In this document: piece after piece, positions 44,881 to 56,726 of the stretch
Layout of the letters: every line of letters begins with the position of its first letter
How positions within the stretch are numbered: position 1 is the first letter of the stretch
Source of the DNA: Oopsacas minuta
Taxonomy: Eukaryota; Animalia; Porifera
Assembly: GCA_024704765.1 (NCBI GenBank)
Contig: JAKMXF010000310.1
Span: forward strand, 496,001-560,000
DNA: 64,000 bases
Direction of reading: 5' to 3'
Program-made: the position numbers and the translations under genes
The notes under the pieces: model-generated
Databases searched by the model: none
What the model was told of the DNA's origin: nothing
What the model saw: the letters and a program-made list of their open reading frames with translations, nothing else

Positions 44881-45069
44881 GAACATGGTGGAACATGATG
44901 GAACATGGTAGAACATGATGGAACATGGTGGAACATGATGGAACATGATGGAACATGATGGAACATGGTGGAACATGATGGAACACGGTAGAGCATGGTG
45001 GAACCTGCTAGAAACTGGTGAAAACTGCTAGATTTCCAACAGATTCTAGCAGTTTCCATCAGGTTCCAA
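44881..45069. repeat. 10-bp minisatellite (GAACATGRTR x12) grading into degenerate units and a short inverted copy
   Basis: Twelve units at 44881-45000, degenerate units to about 45031, then TTCTAGCAGTTTCCATCAGGTTCCA, the reverse complement of the degenerate units. Related units also sit at 42851-42868, left of the hAT. Confidence 0.9.
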
Positions 45070-45262
45070 CAGTTTATTTTGTTGTTTTTATGAGTAAAGT
45101 AAACAAATTAGCCAAATTTCAAAATATACATACATGCGTGCTGTAAACGGCTACACACGGGTAACAAAGTACTCTGAATCCGAATTTTGCGTTTTAAAGT
45201 TTCTCATATAGTAATCTTAAAGATGATCATTTATGGTTATCTTCATGATTAAGTCACAATGG

Positions 45263-45517
45263 TTAGAGTTTTTCTAACTTTAGCAGATTAGGAGATATCA
45301 AGAAAACAGAGATTACACTTGAATATTCATGAACATTTATCGTTATCAATCTACCAAAATTTAAGTCATAGTCCACTAGTGGGTATACCTGTTCATTATC
45401 CAAATCGGGGAATTTGGAGTAACCGGGTGATTCCGGTTGGAATTGATATTCTGAGGAGAGATTATAGCTGCAGTCATTTATAGCTGTCATATAATCATTA
45501 GATTCATATTCAAACAT
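45263..45517 (-). CDS. Possible small ORF or exon of an unknown gene (84 aa, Tyr/acidic-rich)
   Basis: ATG-initiated ORF with coding-like composition relative to flanks; no recognisable domain. Confidence 0.25.
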   Translation of the reverse strand: MFEYESNDYMTAINDCSYNLSSEYQFQPESPGYSKFPDLDNEQVYPLVDYDLNFGRLITINVHEYSSVISVFLISPNLLKLEKL

Positions 45518-45923
45518 TAGGTGTACCCTTGAAATATATAAATAGATATGCCTTGTTATTCTCCTATATTACCATACTTATTACTTATATTAATAAAAAA
45601 GATACATACAATTATGTTCAATCAATAAGTCCAATTACAAGTCGTAAATTCAAACAAATATATTTCTCACGAAAAACTAGTTATTTTGGTGTAAGGCAGA
45701 ATGACTTCTACTGATATTCAGTATTATTTACAATACATATTATAACATGATTGGTAGTATATATTACAGATCGGTAATACCGATAATCGCTGTCTACTAA
45801 ACTCTCAGTATAAATAGCATACACAGTATATCATTGAAACAATCTACAATCTACAAGAATTTGATGCAGTGAAACCTAAAACAATAAAAGATATTAAACA
45901 TCAAATAAACTAATTGTAACTTA

Positions 45924-48900
45924 TTAACTAGTGTTGAGTTTATCTATCAGGAATCTTACATACAAATTATCACTTTTATTCAACTGGGAGAGTAGAGATG
46001 TTCTATAATCCAAAGATCCTCTCCTATCTTGTATTTCACTAGCTTGTTGAATAATTCTATCTATCAATTCCTCTCCCTCTTCTTTGTCTAGTTTAATTCT
46101 CTTACTCAATTCTGTATTGTCCTGTATAGGTATAGTAATAGTAGAATCTTCTAGAGATAAAGCTTTTGTCTTGGCTTTCTCAATCACTTCCTTAGGGAAG
46201 TTAGCCAGTTCTGCTACATGGATACCGAAGCTCTGGTCACAAGGTCCTGGTTTTACCTATAAATATATTCTAAGTAAAGTTCTATAGGTTTACCTGTAGA
46301 TTTTTAAAAAAGAAAAAAGTCAAAAGATGCACAATGAGTTGCCAAGTATATGGAACCGGTTAACCTTTCCATGGTCCGACTCAACCTGACCTGTCAACCT
46401 CAATAACCACAAATAATACTAAAACCGCGCTAAATTAAGTCATACTTACAGCCTGGTGATTAAAAATAGCGAAAGGTCAATAAAATACCAGGACAATTGG
46501 CAAATATACATCTAGAAATTTGCAATTACGGACTATTAGCCTATGACGTCACCTTGTATAACAGAGTGAAGGTGTCCTGTGACGTCAGAGCAGTCACATG
46601 GTAATTGACTACAGAACTGATCTCAGAAGCTAGATACGTAAGCTCATGAAAATGAGTAGCAAATAGACAGTATGCGTTAATATTCCTAGCGATATGATCT
46701 GATATAGACCAAGCTATCCCGAATCCATCATATGTAGAGGTTCCTCTCCCCAGTTCATCTATAAGTATGAGTGAGTAGGGAGAAGAGCAGTGCAGAATAG
46801 CAGAGGTTTCCAGCATCTCTGACATGAATGTAGATATTCCTCGTAGCTGAGAATCACTAGCTCCTACACGTGCTAGTATTCTATCCACTATGCTTATAGT
46901 AGCCTGAGAGCAAGGTACGAAGCATCCTATCTGAGCTAGCAGGACCACTACTCCGATCTAATAATACATTTAGTTATATTATAAAGGTTAAGAAGATATA
47001 GGTTAGCTAGAGAGAAAGTGTAAATACAGAAATATATAGTGGAAACTGTTAATTAATTATCCGTACAGTGCAACCTCGATTAGGCTTCGATTATACGAAC
47101 CTACTTAATAGTCCTAGTTCCTATTCCATTAAGTATATACAACCCTGATCTTCCGAATCTTATGATACATACCTGCCAACCGTCCAGGGATTTTACTTGG
47201 AGCAAAATATTGTGTTTAGGATCATAAAACATCAATTAATCATTAAAATCAGTTCTATATACTTGTAAATACTAAATTTTATGTTACAGGAATTCACTTG
47301 ACAAGCAATTTCCTAGTTATTATATTCTTAGATATCAACATAAATATCTTTCATTAATTACTTTTGGAGCAAAATATTTATAATGACATACTAATATGTG
47401 TGCAGGGAATAGGCAAGTAGATGATGCCAGGAATTGAATTTATGACGAGCGAGCTTAGAGAGCGAGAATAAATTTCTCGCGTCCAGGGATTGATGAGACA
47501 ATGGTTGGCAGATATGTGATAGCCTAAGTCTTTGACACGGGGCACCCAGTCCACTGATGTCTGATCATCGAGCGGTCACTGTATTCGGTTTCAACCTTGG
47601 TTACTATAGCTACTTGTAATGGTTACCTGATATATTTACCTGTCTGATATAGGTAGATTTCCCGCCCATATTAGGACCAGTGATTAAAATGAACATCTGC
47701 TGGTCAGGTCTAAAAATGACGTCATTAGGAATAAAACTGACACCTGACTGTAATTCTAGACAGGGGTGTCTAGCTCCTTCTAAAATTATAATTTTCTCTT
47801 CTTTCTCTAGTAATTTGGGTTTACAATAAGGAATGGGAGCTGTAACTGAGGCTACAGCAAAACTAGTTAACACGTCAAGTTGTGCAATCAGGTCATTCAG
47901 TACAATCAGAGGATCTTGATACCCGCAAACTATTCTCAGTACCTCTTCCACTAGTGTAACCTGAAGAGTAGTGTATTGTTCTTGTAGTGAAAAGTAATGA
48001 GCGGACAATTCCTGTTGAAATAAGAATAACAAGATGGTATGGTAGGTCTCAGATTAATGAGAATGTTACAACTTACAAGCGAATTAATATTACTATAAAC
48101 GTCATATACAGTAGAAGCTCGTAAATACGTACACTAACGGACCTTCGAAATTAGTACTTCTTACCTGAGTACGTATTACCCGAAGGAATATCAATTGAAA
48201 AACCATTGTAAGGACATGATTTTGTGTAAATATTTGTTCGTTCCCTAAATTCGTATTAACCGTGTTCGTATTAACGAGGGTCCACTATATGTATATTGTA
48301 TTTCTATAGTAATAAGTTAATGCATAAACACTAACTAAGTCAAGGAAAAATAAAATCCGTACTCTTTATCCAGAATACAAATTTAATCTCGGTCTACAGT
48401 ATTGTCAGTGAATATCGGCCTGAAAAGATACAATTAACTATGCTTAATCTGGACCTCATGCTGGATCTAGACAAACAAAGATCACACAGATAATAAGATT
48501 CAATTAATTGATAATTCAGATTAATTAGGACAAATACCATGGGACATAGCCACATAGGTGTCCTAATTAAGAGTAGTATATAGCTTAGGCCTAGGGCGTA
48601 ACTAGAAATCCAAGAGCGAGGAGGCAGGAATTAAGTTTACGCCCCTGATACGTATACGTATATGTACAAATCTATTATTTGAATTGTATATTCAAGCAGC
48701 ACAGCGTTATACTAATCACACCTGCAGATAGCTAGTTGTAAACCTGACTCCCTCTTTCCTGGCCTCTAGCACTATAAAGTTAGGATCATCTGTAATAGGG
48801 GTACTCTCTTTCATTGTTACTCTCATATAATGTCCTAACAGAGATGATTGATCCAGCTTAATAGACTTCCCGCAATCCTGTCGAACCCTACTCTTAACCT

Positions 48901-51659
48901 TCAGGACATGTCCGTCTATCTTCTCCTTACACTCATCCATATCAATTCTCAACTCACCAAGACCTTCATCAAAACTGCTCTGGATAACATACTCATGCTG
49001 GTTGACTCTATCCAGGTCTAGTGTTGTCTCTACCAGCTCTAATAGTTTCTGTAGCTGAGTGGACAGTTGGAGTAGAGGGTCAGAGAGAGATGCCTTTAGC
49101 AGGTCAGAATGAGTGCCTTCATATGTCTGGGAACACAATGCTAATAAAACTACCAGACAGTAAATACATATATGTATATAGTATTTTATCTAGCCACCCC
49201 CTGAAAATTAATCTGGATAAAAAGACCCTGAGGATATTTCTTATACCTCTATAAGCAGTAAGCTTCGTGTTAAAACTTCCATGACCTTTGAACCAAGATC
49301 AATCTCTGTGTATGCAATATTGTTGTTGTTCTACACATGAATGAGCCGACTTGGCCTGATTATAACTATATTTTATTTGTGGTGGTTTTAAGAAAGTAAA
49401 TATGATAGGTAGCGAAGCGATCAAAGGCGAGACGTCATGTGTCCAATATTTTGGCATAGGTAGTCATCGTATGAATATGTGTTACCTCAATAGTCTTGAG
49501 GAGATCAGGTACAGCCCGCACACCCATATATAGCTTGAAACTGTCCTGGAGATTTCCTTTACCTCTCTGTAGCTTACGAGTAAGTTTGTAGAAATCAGGG
49601 AAGTGTCTGAGATGAAGATTTAGCAGAGAATCTCTAAGAGCAACATCCTGATAAAGTGCTTCCACTAGATTTAACCTCTCTTCCAGTCTCCTCCTGTCAG
49701 TTAGAGGTTGTCTTATCCATAGTCTCAGTAGACGCTTCCCTTGAGGAGTTCTACATTGATCCAACAGTGATATAAGACTCCCAGCCCTCCCAAGATTAAC
49801 TCCACCTGGTTCTGCCTCTAGACTAAGTGCTCGGATCTGAGATAAATATAAATTATACATATATGGATAATGAAAAATTAGTTCAGTGTTTGCAGATCAA
49901 GAAAATGTGTGGTTCATATATTTCTACTTTGGGATGGAATTTGACTTATTATGGCAAGAACAGGCATAAACTATGAACTTTGGCATGAACTTAGTTTTGG
50001 CATGAACTTTTAAGTTTGTTGGTACATCATCAGGCGATACTGAGATAGATAGATAGACTTACTGCAGCTTCATCTAGTTGTAAGTGCTGTGCAGAATCAA
50101 TAATAATAAGTCTGTATTTACCCAGATCATCTGACCGAGACATCAGCTCTAAGTACCCTGCAACACCTGTCACACATGACAACACGTCACTCCCAAGTGA
50201 TACACCTGTAGATACAGATACCTCATCACTGAGCAGTCTCCTGAGGGTCTGTTCTCCATCCTCAGGGTTCATATTCTTTGCTTGCATATACGATACCATA
50301 ACTCCTCTGCTCTCTAGCTTCTTCTTAAGAGATTCCTGATCAGGCCTGTTAATTAACAGAGAGTATAGTATCCAGAATATTCAGATTTTGTGACTAGTTG
50401 GGTATTTAATAATAACATATGTACTAGTGTTACCACCTGCATAGATAATTTCAGTAATTCGAAATATATTGTAACCTATTCAAGCATATTCAGGGCATTT
50501 GCTTACCATTCTCCGCCTACCCTCCCCCATCTATCTAAGCTACGGCCCTGAGGTGATAAATAATATATGAAAAGTAAAGACTTAATAACCTATTGAGCAG
50601 AAGGGCTTCCTTCGGCTTGAGCTGCACAATAAGTGCCTCAGTATTAGTGAGATGTACTGGATGGTCTAAGAAGGAGGTAACACCAATTTCCCTCAACATA
50701 GCATCACAGAAGCAAGCAGCTACAGTAACTGCTCTGTCAGAGGTAGAAGAGGATACTTTTAGACAAAGAATTCCACAGCCTTGAGTGATGTCAAACTGAG
50801 TGAATAGAACATCTTCTAAGGCATGTAAATTTCCTGGAGAAGCTGTGTAAGCAGGAGACCAGTGATTACCAGTTGAGCATTGCCAGATCTACAATGATGT
50901 ATGTAAAGAATAAAATACCAAATATGAACACTTGTTAAAAGTTACTACTGTGAACTTGGAGTTATCACTAATACTATACTTACATTATTATATTCAACGG
51001 TTTTGGTACTAAAGAAATTGAGGGTACTGAGTTTTCATGCATCACGTTAAAATGACAAGATTTCTAAAGAGAATATGATGCTATTTTAAATTAATGAGAC
51101 CCTGTTGTTATGTTGACTGTCAAGTGAATATATAATCGGTTTTCATGAATAGTACAGTCGAATCCCGCTATATCGAAGCTCAAGGGACTTCGATAATTAT
51201 TTCGATTGAACCGAAGAAATATTTTGGTAGGTTGGTTTGGGTCCATATTTACAATTCAGACTTCGAAATAAGTGTATATTTCGATATATCCGTATCCGAT
51301 ATAACGGAAGTTGATTGTACACAGTTAGCTATTACCTCAACTCTATACTGTCTAATCAGCAGCAGTTCCCTAATAACTCTTTCAAACATGTTCTTAGATA
51401 AACCGAGAGAAGGAAGCTTGTATCTTTCTCCTCCAAACTGCTTCACAGCAGCAGTACTCTTCAATATCTCCTTAGCTACGAATACAGCATCTGATCCATG
51501 TAGTGTGTAGTACTCACCTCCTCTATCAAACAGACGAATAAGTGTATCAGGCTTGACAGGTAATGACAGGAAGTTCTCAATGAAACCTTTGTCGGTGGAA
51601 GATTCTAACTTCAAGTCTCCATCCCCTCCCGCTCCTCCTTCTTCCATTGCACTAGCCAT
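45924..51659 (-). CDS. MSH2: DNA mismatch repair protein MSH2, 8 exons (51659-51336, 50888-50590, 50345-50063, 49836-49486, 49126-48722, 48011-47640, 46957-46553, 46256-45924; about 923 aa)
   Basis: [46 protein letters not shown], Walker [22 protein letters not shown], Walker [43 protein letters not shown]. All introns GT-AG and frame-consistent. Confidence 0.95.
47168..47516. mobile_element. Non-autonomous TIR element, 349 bp, with a 5-bp TSD, in MSH2 intron 6
   Basis: TIRs CATACCTGCCAAC / GTTGGCAGATATG; TGATA duplicated at 47163-47167 and 47517-47521; internal direct repeat CGTCCAGGGATT. Confidence 0.65.
48109..48287. mobile_element. Tigger/pogo-like MITE in MSH2 intron 5
   Basis: TA-CAGTAGAAGCTCGTAAATACG ... 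CGTATTAACGAGGGTCCACTA-TA; related to 15302-15455. Confidence 0.7.
51155..51317. mobile_element. Tigger/pogo-like MITE in MSH2 intron 1
   Basis: TA-CAGTCGAATCCCGCTATATCG ... CGATATAACGGAAGTTGATTG-TA. It ends about 18 nt from the exon-1 donor. The ORF-track extension of MSH2 exon 1 into it is an artefact. Confidence 0.75.
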
Positions 51660-52137
51660 CCTAGCTATACACAGTATACGCTGAAATCAATTAATCAAAT
51701 CTATATTATTAAATCTCAATTGTTGTTTGTCTGTTTGTTTGTCTGTGAATACCCCGAGGCGCAATGCGCCGAGTTCATCGCGAAGCGATGAGCCAAAGGC
51801 TCGTTATAATGTAAATTCAGTTGCTGTAATATATTATTGTATAGTGGCTCTGTTGTGTTAGGGTAGTGTTTCTGTTAGGTGTTACCTCAAACCGTCATGA
51901 ATATTTTTTTACGTATAAATTCATCCGCAATCTCGAAAATATATATTGATTTCCCATTAGAATTCGAGATATGGGAAGTTGATTGTACTTTGTATCAAGT
52001 ACGCTGGTTTGTACTTGTAAGAATCCATTAATAAATAATATTAAAATTTGAGATTGAAATAATTGTATCTAGTATGGTGGCATAACAGTATATAAGCTGT
52101 AAGGTTATGAGTACCAAACATTGAAGCATCAGAGGAG

Positions 52138-54897
52138 TTATAGAGAGAAATCTTCATGTCTTGGATGATGGGAGGGAGGGTTATTCCTACGAGCAGGTGC
52201 TCTATTCAATAATTGATTAATTATTGACTCAGGAGAAGTCTTCCTAGTCTCCATTTCTTGGTTAGATTTGAGGAGGGATTCCAATCGCTTCATTCGGTTA
52301 TCATTCTTAAGAGCTAGAGCTTCTATCTCTAAGGTAGATATAGAGATAGTTGACCCTGTACTATCTGGCCTGTTTTGAGTAGGAGGCGTGCCTCTACCCT
52401 TCAACAGAGGTGTGTATTCTCTGTGATAAGCCTTGCTTTTTGGTTGAGTATTCTGTAGATGGAATCCAACTGTTCTTCTCTCCTCCTTCCTTTCACCGTG
52501 TACAGATAGCATCTTGTTACTGGTATCATGATCCTCAGATTGTAATTTTACCGGTATAACACTTTTCCTTATTTTGAAAGGCGGTTTAGCTGAGCTAGAG
52601 ATCTTAGGAGCAGGAAGGTGTGAAGAAATGTTGTTATTTACGTGTATACTGGAGATTAGATTAGTCATACTCTGATATGTGTCACGTGATCTCTCCAGCT
52701 GTTCTTTAACTCTATCCTTCTCACATCTGAGTTGTAGCTTCATGTCTGTCAGCTGTTTAACTACGTCACTCTTTGAGTCTTCATTACCAATAGGTTCAGC
52801 TGCAGAGTCTGCATCAGGTAGCACATAGTTTTTATGAGTATTGATCGGAGATAGTGTGTGTATCAACTTAATAGTATCATTATTCTTAATAGGGGAGTTA
52901 TGAGGTGAGATAGGATCAGATGTTTGATGAGGAGGAGACAGATCACCTGTGAGTCTCCTGAGAGCAGGTACTGGAGGAGATATCTCCCTATTTTCACTGG
53001 CATAGTGTTCAAATCTATGTTTGTTACGTATAGCGGGTACAGGAGGTGAGTAGTCACGTGGTTGCTGTGTGTGAACAGGAACAGAGGTATTGTCAGGGGG
53101 AGAGCTCCTCCTCCTCTCTCTTACCCTCCCTCTCTGAGGTGGAGAGGGAGCATTTCTTCTCTGCTCAGCTGCTAGTTTCAGTTCATCATTCTTCTTCCTG
53201 ATAGCTTCCTCCTTCTCTCGTTGCTTAGCTACTTCTCTCTGATAATCCTCTTGTAGTTTAATCCTCTCTTTCTCAAGACGATCCACCTCTTTCTGGTCCT
53301 CCTCTCTCTTACGAGCCTCCTCTGCTAGCTTCCTAGCCTTCTTCTCCTCAACTTGCTGTCTCAGGTACTCCCTGTATTCCTGTTGGGGAGTGAGTGTAGA
53401 CTCCTTCTTAGAGGGACTAGGGGTGGAGAAGGGATCAGAGGGTGCATGAGTCTGATTGGTCTTCTGTAAAGGACTGTGACTAGTTTTGAGTACACATATA
53501 TCAGCTAGCTCCTCTAGCTTGGGAGAGGATCCTGTCTTCTCTCTAACCTGGTAAGCTTTATTCAGCACTTTAAGATCAGCTACTACCCTACCAGAGTTAT
53601 CCTTAAGAGGAGCACCTCCTCCCCCTTTACCCCATGGACTCCATTCCTCTACAGGCTCTTCTCTACTCTTCTTTATTTCTCTAGCTCTCTGCTCTTTCCT
53701 ATGTTTAACATCCTCTATCTGTTGCTCTAACTCCTGTCTGTATGATTGCTTATGATCCTGTGTCTTTTCTAATCTAGTAGGTGTTACCTCTTCTTCAATA
53801 TGAGTATAGTGATCAGGTTGTACATTAGATTTGTAATACTCCAGAGGATCTGTCCTAGAGATAGCTTGCTGCTGTTTGGCGGGAGGAGACTCGTATAACT
53901 GTGTGTGGGAGGGCGGAGTAGGAGGACGGGATCTGCTAACTCTCTTATTTTCCATACCAACAGAGTGTATGATCTGTTTGCTACGAATCTGTTCCTTCAA
54001 TTCTTTAGCATAATCCTTTCTCTTTCTTCTCAGCTCGTCACGTCCCCTGTCTCCAGACCCGAACCCATCCATGAATCCTCCTGTAGTCCTCTCTTTCTTA
54101 TCAGGAGGAGCACTCCTGGACCTGTTAAGAGGAGACTCACTACGTCCTCTCCTCTCCACACTGTATCCCTCTCTCTCTACATCTCTTAGTTGCATCTCAC
54201 TACGTCTACCCTGTCTAGCCCATCCATACAGGTCTGACTCTTCGGGCCACTCATGAGGGAAGGTTACTCTCTTCTCCATACGGGGAGGACTCCTGGAGAT
54301 ATCTCTGTTAGGACCCCATACTCTATCCATCTGCTGGTAGTAGTTTACATAGGGATTGTATGTGTAGTCCTGTCTCTGAGGGGGATACCCTCTTGGTCCT
54401 GCGTACAGCTGATCTTCAAAGTACCGTCTTATCCTGAGCTCCTCAAGAGGATCGTATCTAGGGGCTAATGGGGGAGGTCCCAAGTGTTCTCTCCTGTAAG
54501 ACTCATGGTCCCGGTAATCCCCTCTTTCCTGCTCCATGCCTTCCCCCCTCCTCCTGACTGGTTCTTCCCTGTCTCTCTCATCAGCTGATCCCCTCTGTAA
54601 ACAGCTGTTCATGGGTATAGGTAGTTTAGAGGGAGGTAGCAGATTAGGAGCAGAGCTACTGTTAGTATTAGCACGTCGTGTCTTCTGTTTAGATAGAAAA
54701 TCGTTATAATCCTTGTTCATTTCAGCTTTCATTTTAGCACGCAAATGATCCTGTCCCCCTAGAGGAAGAGTAGCAAAACATACGTCTTGTCTTGTCCCTC
54801 TGGGTACCTTCTGATCTTCTTGGTACTGCTGTCTACTCTCTGTCATCCAACTCGTCAGATTGTCATCTGGGGCAGGGTTATCAACTTCTCGAGACAT
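52138..54897 (-). CDS. CSPP1: Centrosome and spindle pole-associated protein 1-like
   Basis: 919-aa single exon. LPLG....RAKMK.E.NKDY..FL, repeated Y..EL..QI coiled coils, WSPWGKGGGGAPLKD.SG..VADL (CSPP1/CCDC66-type motif), YREYLRQQVEEK, SPPVPA repeats. Confidence 0.8.
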   Translation of the reverse strand: MSREVDNPAPDDNLTSWMTESRQQYQEDQKVPRGTRQDVCFATLPLGGQDHLRAKMKAEMNKDYNDFLSKQKTRRANTNSSSAPNLLPPSKLPIPMNSCLQRGSADERDREEPVRRRGEGMEQERGDYRDHESYRREHLGPPPLAPRYDPLEELRIRRYFEDQLYAGPRGYPPQRQDYTYNPYVNYYQQMDRVWGPNRDISRSPPRMEKRVTFPHEWPEESDLYGWARQGRRSEMQLRDVEREGYSVERRGRSESPLNRSRSAPPDKKERTTGGFMDGFGSGDRGRDELRRKRKDYAKELKEQIRSKQIIHSVGMENKRVSRSRPPTPPSHTQLYESPPAKQQQAISRTDPLEYYKSNVQPDHYTHIEEEVTPTRLEKTQDHKQSYRQELEQQIEDVKHRKEQRAREIKKSREEPVEEWSPWGKGGGGAPLKDNSGRVVADLKVLNKAYQVREKTGSSPKLEELADICVLKTSHSPLQKTNQTHAPSDPFSTPSPSKKESTLTPQQEYREYLRQQVEEKKARKLAEEARKREEDQKEVDRLEKERIKLQEDYQREVAKQREKEEAIRKKNDELKLAAEQRRNAPSPPQRGRVRERRRSSPPDNTSVPVHTQQPRDYSPPVPAIRNKHRFEHYASENREISPPVPALRRLTGDLSPPHQTSDPISPHNSPIKNNDTIKLIHTLSPINTHKNYVLPDADSAAEPIGNEDSKSDVVKQLTDMKLQLRCEKDRVKEQLERSRDTYQSMTNLISSIHVNNNISSHLPAPKISSSAKPPFKIRKSVIPVKLQSEDHDTSNKMLSVHGERKEERRTVGFHLQNTQPKSKAYHREYTPLLKGRGTPPTQNRPDSTGSTISISTLEIEALALKNDNRMKRLESLLKSNQEMETRKTSPESIINQLLNRAPARRNNPPSHHPRHEDFSL

Positions 54898-55571
54898 TTA
54901 TTTTATTACTTTGTATACAAGTATCATTACAAATGTACTTTCAATTGGAAATTATTATAATAGCTGGAGGCTGAAATATGAGCTGACCTAGTCCATGATA
55001 TCAAATGCCCAAACCAACATGCTGTGGACCCCTCCCATAGACGGCAACAATTAAAGCTGTACCGGACTGGTCCGGACATCCGGTACTAATCCGTATCCAA
55101 CCATATACCGGATACACAACTATTTGTAATCGTATAGTGAGAGATTCTGAATAATATTTATTGTGGAGTAATAAATATTATTCCGAACTTCTGGAAGAAT
55201 TCAGCTTCGTCTTGCGTCGAAAACAAGTATCTCACTGTAAACATGGCTCTCAACCTAAACACCTTGAAATTCGTGAGATTAGTGAAAAATCTCACGATTC
55301 GATGGTGAGATGTAAGATTTTGTGTTTGTCTCCAATGAAATCCCAAGGGAGCTGTAGTTTAACGTAGACCCTAATCACGACGAGATGGTTATGAGTATCA
55401 AGCTTGCATGCAAATAAATTATAAATAGCAACTAGGGGTGATCATGTCATTCGTTTATCAGCTAAAGGAAAAAGCTGAGATAAAGTATTTACCCACACAC
55501 ACACAATCCTATTCATTAACTATAGACTATAGAGAGTATATTCACATACATAAAATAGCGAGAAGTCTAGC

Positions 55572-56183
55572 TCAGCTCCATTCCTTCTTGATTTCAAACG
55601 TCCACTCCCACTCAAGCACGGTGTTCTCATCATCATCTATAAACTTACTCTTCACGTTATAACTACCCCGGGCTAACATTCCACTAGGTGTCGTATCCTC
55701 TACAGTATTGAAGCAGTGTAGTTCTTTAGGTCCGTAGCTCCCCATCATTATAGTGCTATTCTCTACACGGATACCTTTCCTGTAAGAGCTCTGTCTGTAT
55801 CGGAGACCTGATACTATATCACGCTGTACTTTGAAGTCTATAGAGATAATGTACTTACAGCCTTCCTTCACTAGAATAGGATTCTTCTTGAGTGACTGTA
55901 AGTCAGTTTTAGTCAAGTCTAGTGAAATGGCTTCTCGACCTGTAGGCTTGAAATGCATAGCCTTCAGTAAGACATTAGCTCCTCCATCATCTTTCACGTC
56001 TTTGAACCCACCTAATAGAGTTTCTTTGTATTTTATCAGAGCTTCATCGTCTGCATCAGTTTTCACAATCGTTTCCAGATCTACTTTCTTGGGAACTTTA
56101 TAGTCAGTACTCTCTGGGTTATCTTCATTAGAGAACTCCTTTGCTACATCTTGAGGATCTACATCAGCATCTGCACTAGCCAT
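55572..56183 (-). CDS. ARHGDIA: Rho GDP-dissociation inhibitor
   Basis: YKVPKK..LE.I...DADDEALIKYKETLLG, KEGCKY.I.I.FKVQRDIVSGLRY, MMGSYGP, TPSGMLARGSY.VKSKF.DDD, WEWTFEIKKEW. The symbol denotes the family; vertebrate paralogs are not distinguishable. Confidence 0.93.
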   Translation of the reverse strand: MASADADVDPQDVAKEFSNEDNPESTDYKVPKKVDLETIVKTDADDEALIKYKETLLGGFKDVKDDGGANVLLKAMHFKPTGREAISLDLTKTDLQSLKKNPILVKEGCKYIISIDFKVQRDIVSGLRYRQSSYRKGIRVENSTIMMGSYGPKELHCFNTVEDTTPSGMLARGSYNVKSKFIDDDENTVLEWEWTFEIKKEWS

Positions 56184-56726
56184 CTCTCTATTAAACGCTT
56201 AGTATGTTTTTAATTAGATTATAAATTCAAATACAATTCACTCACTAAATGTTATACCAACAGGGATTGTCAACGATATACTCGTTATGCAAAATTAATA
56301 TGTACTTTATATGGTTATTCTAAAAAGAAATTTACAGAGGAGTATTTGTATGCAAAGATTTATCACAAAATTTTCCTATATTAATAGATCCAATTTGAAT
56401 AAAACAAGAGATTTATAATTAAAGGAATGATTGAACTAGTATCTTATTATAACTTCTGTAACTGAATCTTTAGTACCTAATGATTCTAGGAAATACTTGA
56501 TCACTGCAGAGTACAAACAGTACTTCAATGGACTCCTAAGAATTTAATAATTGCAATGTTGAATTAACAGAAAAGCATTAGTAGTTTATGTCACATAATA
56601 CCTTATCAGATCAGTAGTGAAATCTGTAGAGAAAAGAAACCAAAACCAGGACAAATATCGTGACATAAAATCATTCATTGCATATACGAGACTCAAAATT
56701 GTATACGCGCAAACTGAAGAAATATA

